Of a stretch of 22,160 nucleotides of DNA, positions 1-7,710 are shown one piece after another. A program made the translations under genes and the position numbers. The stretch covers positions 1 through 22,160 of the forward strand of contig JBHLPL010000022.1 of assembly GCA_048939465.1 (NCBI GenBank). Direction: 5' to 3'. The notes beneath the pieces are model-generated. The model did not search any database. It was given only the letters and a program-made list of their open reading frames with translations, and was not told the DNA's origin. Within the stretch, counting starts at the first letter, position 1, and every line of letters begins with the position of its first letter. The stretch comes from Promethearchaeota archaeon (lineage in GTDB: Archaea > Asgardarchaeota > Odinarchaeia > Odinarchaeales > JBHLKK01).

Positions 1-182
1 CTATCATCCTCACACCCCTCCGCCTTCTGCTGCTCTTTTGATGAGGTTGCTCTTTTCCCCTGGAGTCGCAACTCATCATGTTTGTGAGCTATTGTATTGT
101 TTGGCTTTCAGTTCTAATGACAGCAATCAGCACTGCTAGACTCATAACCTATTGAAGAATGATAGTAGTTGCTACCATAATA

Positions 183-190
183 TTTATATC
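183..190 (+). promoter_or_regulatory. Candidate archaeal TATA box for the ferritin-like gene
   Basis: TTTATATC in an AT-rich stretch about 105 nt upstream of the ATG at 295; SD-like GAGGTGA at 284-290. Confidence 0.45.
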
Positions 191-294
191 TAATTGAATA
201 AAATTGAGTTGGTCTAGAATGTTATCCTTCCACGGAAGCTGAGAGGAGTTCCCAGACCACGTGTGAAAGGATCTGTAATACATGAGGTGAGATT

Positions 295-711
295 ATGGCA
301 TCGAAAGAGTTAATGGATATGTTAAATGACGCAATAGCAAGAGAGCTTCAGGTATCGATACAGTACATGTGGCAGCATGTTCTTTGGAAAGGAGTGACCC
401 TGTTTACGGTGAAAGATGAACTGAAAGCCATAGCAATTACTGAGATGAAGCACGCCGAAGCCATCGCCGAGAGACTGGCCTACCTTGGAGGAACACCGAC
501 TACAAAGCCCAATCCAATATTTGTAGGGGACAACTTCGAAGAGATGATAAAAAGAGACATAAAAGACGAAGAGGGAGCTATTGAATTATACAAGAAGATA
601 ATCAACCAGGCAAGAAAAGAGGGCGACGAGACAACGAAAAAGCTATTGAGGCAGATTCTGGCTGATGAAGAAGGTCATCATGATACTTTCACAAGCTTAC
701 TTGAGGCTTGA
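295..711 (+). CDS. Ferritin-like / bacterioferritin-type di-iron protein
   Basis: Four-helix di-iron ligand pattern: E(ARELQ)...EMKH...DEEGA...DEEGHH; 138 aa; SD GAGGTGA upstream. Confidence 0.9.
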   Translation: MASKELMDMLNDAIARELQVSIQYMWQHVLWKGVTLFTVKDELKAIAITEMKHAEAIAERLAYLGGTPTTKPNPIFVGDNFEEMIKRDIKDEEGAIELYKKIINQARKEGDETTKKLLRQILADEEGHHDTFTSLLEA

Positions 712-988
712 GTCCAGAGAAAGGTTTGATATTCGCTAAAACAGTGCAGCAAAGGGGAATGATACGAGCAGTTCTGGCTAACAGAAACCTGAGCCGTTTG
801 CAGAAAAATACAAAGGCTCGAGCAACTTACTCTTCTTTATTTACATAAATTCTTTCTCTTCTTTGTTCAGAGAATAGAGAAGCAATCAACCATCCATTTT
901 GCTTTGTAAAAAGGCTTACATGACACTGTTATAACAGAAAGCTTATCTGTGAATGGGTTACAATAGACAGACCGTTGGGGAAGAGAGA

Positions 989-2191
989 ATGGGTGAAATA
1001 TCTGAGAATAAGAAGAGGATGCTGAAAGAGCTTATCAAAGCCTTACACGCAGGACTCAGCATAGACGAAGCCAAGGAGAGATTCAAAGGCATCCTGGAAG
1101 AAACAGGTCCCTCGGATATATCTAAAGTGGAAGAAGAACTCTTAAGCGAGGGCGTTCCTGCAGAAGATATTCGAAGACTCTGTGATGTTCATCTCGCAGT
1201 TTTCAAGGAGTCACTTGAGAAACAGGAGATGGTGGTTCCGCGGGGTCATCCTATTTACATATTGTTAGCGGAACACAAATACGTAAAAGGTGTTGTTGAA
1301 GAAATCTTGCTTCTTCTGCCCAGGATCAAAAAGGCCAGTAATACTTCTGAAATAGAGTTTGAAAGGATTGAGAAGGTGCTCGCAGACCTAAAGGAGTATG
1401 AAAAGCATAAGGTTAGAGAAGAAAACTCCCTGTTTCCGTATCTAGAAAAGCACGGTGTAACGCAACCGCCGGCCATTATGTGGGCAGAACACAACGAACA
1501 AAGAGAGCATATAAAGAGTACCAGCAAAATACTAAGAGAAAGAGAAAACACTAGTTTTGGGGAGCTGAAGAATAAGCTCTACCTGAACTTGCAGATATTG
1601 TCCCAACACATTCCGACACATTTCTATAAAGAAGAGAATATACTCTTCCCAACTTCATTGAGGCTCATAACTTCCGGAGAATGGGACGAAATAAAATCGT
1701 CGATGGACGATCTAGGATACTGCTACTTCACACCCATGGAAGCCGTAGGCAAAGAAATAGCGATAACTCGCGGGACTGGAGTGGATAAGGATACAATATC
1801 GTTTGAAACTGGAGACTTCTCTAAAATAGAGCTTGAAAGTGCCCTGAATACCCTACCTGCAGATCTGACCTTTGTAGATAAGGACGATACAGTCCGATAC
1901 TTCAGTAAATCAAAGGAGAGGATTTTTCCGAGGACAAAGGCAGTTATTGGTCGCAAAGTCCAGAACTGTCATCCTTCCAAAAGCGTCCATGTTGTCAACC
2001 AGATTCTGGATAGTTTCAGAAAAGGCAGTAAAGACGCAGCGGAGTTCTGGATAGAACTCAGTAAGCGACTCATCTACATTCGCTACTTAGCGGTCCGCGA
2101 CAACAATGGAGAATACCTTGGCTGTTTAGAGGTCACTCAGGACATAACGGATATCAAGAAGATTGAGGGAGAGAAGAGACTCCTGACTTGA
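989..2191 (+). CDS. DUF438 / hemerythrin-like / PAS-domain protein
   Basis: N-terminal LKELIKALHAG...RLCDVH (DUF438-like); HP...EH, HKVREENSLFP, MWAEH and HFYKEENILFP (hemerythrin-like); C-terminal LNTLPADLTFVDKDDTVRYFS...IFPRTKAVIGRKVQNCHP (PAS). Start moved from 953 to the ATG at 989 by inference. Confidence 0.88.
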   Translation: MGEISENKKRMLKELIKALHAGLSIDEAKERFKGILEETGPSDISKVEEELLSEGVPAEDIRRLCDVHLAVFKESLEKQEMVVPRGHPIYILLAEHKYVKGVVEEILLLLPRIKKASNTSEIEFERIEKVLADLKEYEKHKVREENSLFPYLEKHGVTQPPAIMWAEHNEQREHIKSTSKILRERENTSFGELKNKLYLNLQILSQHIPTHFYKEENILFPTSLRLITSGEWDEIKSSMDDLGYCYFTPMEAVGKEIAITRGTGVDKDTISFETGDFSKIELESALNTLPADLTFVDKDDTVRYFSKSKERIFPRTKAVIGRKVQNCHPSKSVHVVNQILDSFRKGSKDAAEFWIELSKRLIYIRYLAVRDNNGEYLGCLEVTQDITDIKKIEGEKRLLT

Positions 2192-2288
2192 GCTCTGCAA
2201 GAAACCTTGACAGCGTTCCTGAATAATGCAGAAATTCATATGCTATATTGCATCAGAAAGGACAATCCTTCGCTAGGATCCGCCTAGG

Positions 2289-2390
2289 TTCTGCAATCTG
2301 GTCTGCGCAACCCCAAAGAAGCCTTGAAGAGACCTTCTGAGGAGGTTTTTCCAAGGGGGGGTAGAGACTGATTCGCAGAGGATTGCAGAA
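2289..2390. repeat. Long imperfect inverted repeat between convergent genes
   Basis: TTCTGCAATC (2289-2298) pairs with GATTGCAGAA (2381-2390); TCTGCG (2302-2307) with CGCAGA (2374-2379); ACCCC with GGGGT internally. Confidence 0.7.
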
Positions 2391-2393
2391 GGA

Positions 2394-3518
2394 TTAGTCA
2401 GCCTCAGCAGCCAAGTCCATGATCTGCCTGATTTCTTGACTAAGAGACTCCGGCAATCCCATTATGCCGACGTCCATGAATCCTCGAATAATCATAGAAA
2501 TTGCTTGATCCCTTGATAGTCTTCTCGTCATAAGGTACACGATTTCCTTTTCAGAGATTCTGCCGACAGCAGCTTCATGAGTTATTTGAGCACCTTCTTT
2601 CCTTGCTATGAGCTCAGGTATAGATTGTATAAACGATTCCTTATCCAGAATGAGACCCTTGCATTCCAAGTGTCCTTTGCACTCTGGATTATTTCCTTCT
2701 ATCAAACCTCTCACGATAATCCTTGCATCTTGTCTAGCGATAGCACGGGTAGTTAGCTCTGCTCTGCTATTTCTCCCATTTAGAACAGCTTTTGATCCGA
2801 CATCCAGAAAGGAATCCTTGTGACCGTACAGAATGCTACTAAAACTAACTCTTGAGAAGTCGCCGTTGCAGAAGGCTACAGGAAACATTTGCACGTCTTT
2901 TACCGGCCTCGTACACACATAGTTTGATACAAAGGTTCCCTTATCTCCTATTAATGCTGCACTTCTAGGTCTTACTAAGGTTTCGGTGCTCCAATTATGC
3001 ACCATCGTAAAATTAAGTGTCGCCCCCTTCTTTACAAAGAATTCTGACACCCCAAGGTGCGAGGCCTTACCAACCACAGGATGTTGAACACAACTGCTTA
3101 TGATGTGAGCTTTCGACCCCTTTTCAGCAATAATTATGTTGTGTACTCTCTGTTCTAGGTTCTCTTTTGTAATCATCAGACATGATTGAAGTGGAAATGT
3201 GACCTCAGCATTCGGCAAGATTCTCATGAAATAGCCGCCACTAAATTCCTCATCGACTCTTCTGGTGAACTCGTCTTTCTCCTTGTCTATCAGCTGCCAC
3301 ATATAGTTGCCGAGCCAAGGATGTTTCTTAAGAGCCTCTTTTGTATCCATTAATTCGATTGTCCCCTCGAAATGCTCATTGATCTTCGAGTATACGGTGC
3401 TTTGGTCTACGTGTAACAGGGTGCCTGACTGGTTCTTCTTATTCGGATCAATACCTGACCTATGAACTTCTTCGAGTATTTTATGGGGTACTCGAGTCAG
3501 TGCAGTTTCCTTCGCCAA
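2394..3518 (-). CDS. sufB: Fe-S cluster assembly scaffold SufB/SufD family (archaeal minimal Suf, SmsB-like)
   Basis: FPLQSC, HLGVSEF, GHLECKGL, PEL...ITHEAAVGRI, YLMTR..IIRGF motifs. Probable TTG start at 3518 after GAGGGGTG; the ORF track start is 3533. Confidence 0.92.
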   Translation of the reverse strand: MAKETALTRVPHKILEEVHRSGIDPNKKNQSGTLLHVDQSTVYSKINEHFEGTIELMDTKEALKKHPWLGNYMWQLIDKEKDEFTRRVDEEFSGGYFMRILPNAEVTFPLQSCLMITKENLEQRVHNIIIAEKGSKAHIISSCVQHPVVGKASHLGVSEFFVKKGATLNFTMVHNWSTETLVRPRSAALIGDKGTFVSNYVCTRPVKDVQMFPVAFCNGDFSRVSFSSILYGHKDSFLDVGSKAVLNGRNSRAELTTRAIARQDARIIVRGLIEGNNPECKGHLECKGLILDKESFIQSIPELIARKEGAQITHEAAVGRISEKEIVYLMTRRLSRDQAISMIIRGFMDVGIMGLPESLSQEIRQIMDLAAEAD

Positions 3519-4269
3519 GACCCCACCCCTCAATAATCCTCGTTTGACAACCTACGCACTCTCTATATCCACATCTTTTTATCTTCTCGTAAGTGGCCTT
3601 AGGGTTCTGATGGCAGTAGATGTAACCATCGAACAGAATACATGCATATTTCGCCTTAATATATTCTAAAATCTCTCCTTTATGAGTGATAATCAGGGCT
3701 GAACTCCCAGTGTTCTCAAGGTAACGCTGAATCTCGTTTCCCATCAGAATTAAGCTCTCGACATCAACTCCAGAATCCGGCTCGTCGAGAAGGAGAAGTT
3801 TCGGTCTGAGAAAGATCATTTGAAGAATTTCGGCCCTCTTTCTTTCCCCTCCAGAGAAACCCACATTAATATCTCTATGTAGAAAGTCTGTGAGTCGGAA
3901 GACCTCTATTAATCTCTTCTCGTCTTCATTGAATTCTCTTCTCGACCCACCGTCCAGACACAGCTTCAGCAAATCAGATAATTTGACACCCGTGATTTCT
4001 GGAGGTTGTTGGAATCCCATGGATATGCCCAGTTTTGAACGTTCATCGACACTTTTCTTGGTAATATCCTTTCCTTCGAAGAGGATTCTCCCTGATACTA
4101 CTTGATATCTCGGAACCCCCATTATTGCACTAACCAGTGTTGTTTTTCCAGAGCCATTAGGTCCAAACATGATATAGCTTTCTCCACTTTTTAAGGCCAG
4201 ATTAACACCTTCAAGAATGGCTCTGTTTTCGACTCGGACTCCAAGGTTATTAACTTCCAATATATTCAT
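3481..4269 (-). CDS. sufC: Fe-S cluster assembly ATPase SufC (SmsC-like)
   Basis: Walker A GPNGSGKT, signature FSGGERKR, Walker B LLLLDEPDSGVD; C-terminal C...CxxC (CHQ...CGYRECVGC); overlaps the sufB start. Confidence 0.93.
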   Translation of the reverse strand: MNILEVNNLGVRVENRAILEGVNLALKSGESYIMFGPNGSGKTTLVSAIMGVPRYQVVSGRILFEGKDITKKSVDERSKLGISMGFQQPPEITGVKLSDLLKLCLDGGSRREFNEDEKRLIEVFRLTDFLHRDINVGFSGGERKRAEILQMIFLRPKLLLLDEPDSGVDVESLILMGNEIQRYLENTGSSALIITHKGEILEYIKAKYACILFDGYIYCHQNPKATYEKIKRCGYRECVGCQTRIIEGWGLGEGNCTDSSTP

Positions 4270-4347
4270 TGTGCTTCCCCACCTAAATCAGTAGTCAGGA
4301 ATAGAACAGCTTTCAAAGATAATAAGTCTGTTTATCCCTTTAAAATA

Positions 4348-5277
4348 TCATCTCTTGGTCCTCTTTGCATATTTGTACGTCTGCATCGCTGCTCTTGCCC
4401 CTTCCCCCACTGCAGTGACTATTTGCATACCGCCGCAAGTACAGTCTCCGGCCGCAAAAACACCTTCAATATTAGTAGATTGCCTTCTGTCAATCTTAAT
4501 ACACCCTCTTTCATCGATCACAATTCCGGCTTTCATAAAAAGTGACGTCATGGGGACGCCACCGATAGCAATAAAAACACCGTCAAGCGGAAACTCAATC
4601 TTCATTTTCCTATTCGGATCTAAGACTGTAGCAGATTTGACAAACCCATCTCCATTTATCGATTTGACTTCTCCTACGAGGATCTCAGTATTTTTGCTTT
4701 CCTTAGATCTTTCAACCAGGGATTTTTCGGCCTCAATCTCCTCTGAATGGGTTATTACGGTGACTTTCTTTGAAAAACTGGAAAGATACATCGCATCCTC
4801 AAAGGCCTCTTGCCCAGAACCTATCACCGCAACCTCTTTGCCCTTAAACAAAGGCCCATCACAGACAGCACAGTAGGAAACACCTGAACCCAAAAACTCA
4901 GTTTCACCTGGTACCATTAGCTTCTTTCTCTGAGTTCCAGTAGCAATTATTACTCCAACAGATTTGTGTCTGCCGGACCTCGTTGTTGTTGTTTTCACTC
5001 TACCGCTAAGAGCTAGATTGAGAACTTCCTCTGGGGATCTTATGTCAGTACCGAACTTCTTTGCCTGTTCAACCATCCTTTTTGTCAATTCAGCACCCTT
5101 GATTCCATCGGGAAATCCCGGAAAATTCTCAATCAAAGCGGCATAAACAGCCCTTCCTCCTACAATCAGACTTTCTAGAACCAGCGTCTTCATTCCCATT
5201 CTAGAGGCGTAGATTGCAGCGCTTAGACCGGCTGGTCCGCCACCAATAATTACAACATCAAAAAGATCTTCATCCAT
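4348..5277 (-). CDS. trxB: Thioredoxin reductase (low-MW TrxB family)
   Basis: FAD motif IIGGGPAGLSAA, redox CAVC in GVSYCAVCDG, C-terminal GVFAAGD. Start taken at MDEDLFD. Confidence 0.92.
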   Translation of the reverse strand: MDEDLFDVVIIGGGPAGLSAAIYASRMGMKTLVLESLIVGGRAVYAALIENFPGFPDGIKGAELTKRMVEQAKKFGTDIRSPEEVLNLALSGRVKTTTTRSGRHKSVGVIIATGTQRKKLMVPGETEFLGSGVSYCAVCDGPLFKGKEVAVIGSGQEAFEDAMYLSSFSKKVTVITHSEEIEAEKSLVERSKESKNTEILVGEVKSINGDGFVKSATVLDPNRKMKIEFPLDGVFIAIGGVPMTSLFMKAGIVIDERGCIKIDRRQSTNIEGVFAAGDCTCGGMQIVTAVGEGARAAMQTYKYAKRTKR

Positions 5278-5404
5278 TACATTCTTTCCTCCCAAATCAT
5301 GTCTACACCGCTTACGTAATCAAAATGTTTTGTTATTTAAATCCAGACGATTGAAACTGCTCGTTTGTGGGTTGACGACTTCCTATCTGGAAAAACAAGC
5401 TATA

Positions 5405-6568
5405 TCAAAGCGTTGGTCCAATCCTAAATATGGCTATTTCACCGATTCCAAGAATCTCTGCCTTGGTTATCTTACCGGATGCAACAGCTAACACTTCTTC
5501 AAACAGTTCTTTGCCCATATCTTCAATCGTTTTCTTTCCAAGGATAATTTGGGATGCATCAACATCCATGATTTCTTCGCTAATCTTTTGCGTCTGTGGG
5601 TTTCCCGTGAGTTTGATAGTTGGAGTCAAAGGAGTCCCTGTTGGAATGCCAATCCCGGTTGTACAGACAATCATCTGGGCTCCTGCTGCAAGCATACCGG
5701 TTACAGATTCAGGATCTCGCCCCGGAGTATCCATTATTATTAATCCCCTTTCGGTCGGTCGAGACGCATACTCCAAAACCTCTCGTACCGGCGAGCTTCC
5801 GGCTTTCTGTATTGCTCCTAGTGATTTCTCTTCAATGGATGTGAGGCCTCCCGCTATATTTCCTGGCGTTGGCTGGCCCCCTCTGATGTCTACCCCCATC
5901 TTCTTGGCGTTTTCCTCGAATCTCTTTACTATGCGAATTAGATCCTTACTTACCTTCTCATTTATGGCCCTTCGGGCTAAAATATGCTCAGCTCCGATCA
6001 TCTCGGGGGTTTCCGAAAGTATGACCGATCCACCCTCTCTGATTATCGCATCAGACATAACTCCCACCGCTGGGTTCGATGCAATGCCAGAAGTCGTGTC
6101 ACTTCCTCCACATTCTAGGGCAATTATTAGTTCACTAGTGTCCGTAGGTTCTCTCTTCAGTCTGGAGGCGTCGAATACCATTCTTTGAGCAATTGCGCTT
6201 CCTTTCTCTATGGCTTTTAGGAATCCCCCAGATTCTTGAACTACTAACCATTCAACCGGTTTCTTCAGCTCTTCTACCTGCTTTGCAAGATCTTTTGCAA
6301 GTATGTTTTCACAGCCCCATCCGACTATTAAGACACTAGCGAGGTTAGGATGCGTCGCCAGACCGACTAATGTTCTTACGGTCTGTTCATAATCCTCCCC
6401 AACTTGTGTGCACCCCTCTGTATGTGGTATTGCGACTGTACCCTCCACGTTCTGCTTAATCCTCTCAACTACCGCATTAGCACAGACAACCGAGGGTATG
6501 ATTCCGATATAATTTCTGACACCTACTCGCCCGTCCTGCCTCTTATACCCCAAGAATTTGCCTGCCAT
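5405..6568 (-). CDS. UxaA/GarD-family dehydratase catalytic subunit (altronate/galactarate dehydratase or sulfolactate sulfo-lyase SuyB-like)
   Basis: GYKRQDGRVGVRN, HTEGC, GWGCE, ECGGSD, SETPEMIGAE, PTPGNIAGGLTSIEEKSLG, MDTPGRD and CTTGIG motifs. Substrate cannot be determined from sequence. Confidence 0.88.
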   Translation of the reverse strand: MAGKFLGYKRQDGRVGVRNYIGIIPSVVCANAVVERIKQNVEGTVAIPHTEGCTQVGEDYEQTVRTLVGLATHPNLASVLIVGWGCENILAKDLAKQVEELKKPVEWLVVQESGGFLKAIEKGSAIAQRMVFDASRLKREPTDTSELIIALECGGSDTTSGIASNPAVGVMSDAIIREGGSVILSETPEMIGAEHILARRAINEKVSKDLIRIVKRFEENAKKMGVDIRGGQPTPGNIAGGLTSIEEKSLGAIQKAGSSPVREVLEYASRPTERGLIIMDTPGRDPESVTGMLAAGAQMIVCTTGIGIPTGTPLTPTIKLTGNPQTQKISEEIMDVDASQIILGKKTIEDMGKELFEEVLAVASGKITKAEILGIGEIAIFRIGPTL

Positions 6569-6570
6569 GG

Positions 6571-6864
6571 TTAACCCTCCTTTAAGTCTCCCCTTCCTCG
6601 AAGGCTTTCAACATTATGAATGTGAGCATGTTCTCCAACTCCGATAGGAGCTGTGGCTCTTCCAATGACCTCTCCGTACTTAATTACGTTTTCTTTAGCA
6701 GCTATTGGTTTGATTGCAAACTTGTGACCGAACTTGATATCTTGAGTCACTTTTATAGGTTCATCGTGCTTGCCAACTCTTATGTGTACTACATCTCCTT
6801 TTGAAACATCTGCAATAAGAGTAGCAACATTATCCTTTTCATTGACAACGATGGCACGCTTCAT
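6571..6864 (-). CDS. SAF-domain subunit of a split UxaA-family dehydratase (SuyA-like)
   Basis: DNVAT...IKFGHKFA...VIKYGEVIG..T..I..GEHAHIHNVES. Ends 2 nt before the catalytic subunit. Start inferred at MKRAIV. Confidence 0.87.
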   Translation of the reverse strand: MKRAIVVNEKDNVATLIADVSKGDVVHIRVGKHDEPIKVTQDIKFGHKFAIKPIAAKENVIKYGEVIGRATAPIGVGEHAHIHNVESLRGRGDLKEG

Positions 6865-7026
6865 CTTCAGCATCCTTCTTTCTATCTTACAGGAAAACCC
6901 GGCTAGGCAGACTCTGAATTCTTCTGAACCAAGATCCATATAAAGATTAGCACTCTCTCTTTTCGCTCAAAAGAATCAGACGGTAGTCTTATATCCGTCT
7001 GGTTTTCATTAATGGTCTGATGCAAG

Positions 7027-7323
7027 ATGAAATTCCTTATCATTCAAACAATCAAGAAAGAAGTTCCCACTGAGACACTAGCTACATTATTGCCGGCTCA
7101 ATTCAAGTATCTGGACGACTTGGAGAAGAGAGGCAAGATCGAGGTATCATATCACTTGATAGGCCACCAGGGAAATCTGCTGATTGTAGAAGTGACCTCA
7201 GACGAAGAACTATCCAGGATAATAAGCGAGGATCCACTGTTTTTTCACATGGAAAGAGAGGTTTATCCCTTGACGACTCGTGAAACGCACAAGAAGTATC
7301 TAAGGCAGCTTTTTGGACCATAA
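7027..7323 (+). CDS. Muconolactone isomerase/YciI-like dimeric alpha-beta barrel protein
   Basis: 98 aa with G..G.LLIVEV.SDEEL..II..DPLF...EVYPL pattern. Confidence 0.7.
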   Translation: MKFLIIQTIKKEVPTETLATLLPAQFKYLDDLEKRGKIEVSYHLIGHQGNLLIVEVTSDEELSRIISEDPLFFHMEREVYPLTTRETHKKYLRQLFGP

Positions 7324-7352
7324 GCAAAAAAGAAAGAGGGTGTACGGCATTC

Positions 7353-7571
7353 TTATGCCAGGGATCTAAGTCTTTCAACCAACTCATTTCTCATTTTCAT
7401 GTTGGCTTCGATTTCCTTTCGAGCTTTTCTCCAGTCTGCTGAGCAACGACCATAAGCAGATTGCTCGCCGATATATTTGTGGATTATGCCTTCGACTGCT
7501 TCTTCATTCTTCTTACTGACTTCAATCCCCGCCTCCTTTAAGACGCTGTCAAACCACTTCCAGCAGCCCAT
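7353..7571 (-). CDS. Small hypothetical protein
   Basis: MGCWKWFDSVLKEAGI...HKYIGEQSAYGRCSADW...; helical charge pattern, SD-like GGGGGATGGAG upstream and own AT-rich promoter region. Confidence 0.65.
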   Translation of the reverse strand: MGCWKWFDSVLKEAGIEVSKKNEEAVEGIIHKYIGEQSAYGRCSADWRKARKEIEANMKMRNELVERLRSLA

Positions 7572-7710
7572 TCTCCATCCCCCCATCTGGATCTTCTATC
7601 TATAAAGTCTCATATAAGTTTTAAGAAGAATTTACGGTATTGAAGCCTGCTATTCACAAAGAGTATGTTTTTTATAGTTGCGGTCTTGTTTCTGATTTGG
7701 TGACTCATAT

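Noticed and set aside
1-180. Possible gene start on the minus strand at the window edge
   Set aside because: Only short ORFs; a GGAGGGGTG-ATG start near positions 1-25 runs out of the window with too little sequence to call.
791-819. GAGCCG...GAAA...GGCTC hairpin resembling group II intron domain V
   Set aside because: Too short, lacks the 2-nt bulge geometry and domain VI, and no intron or RT sequence is nearby.
4355-6188. Long antisense ORFs 4355-4876 and 5430-6188 and other short shadow ORFs in the track
   Set aside because: They lie opposite well-supported genes and show no recognisable motifs; typical antisense shadows.
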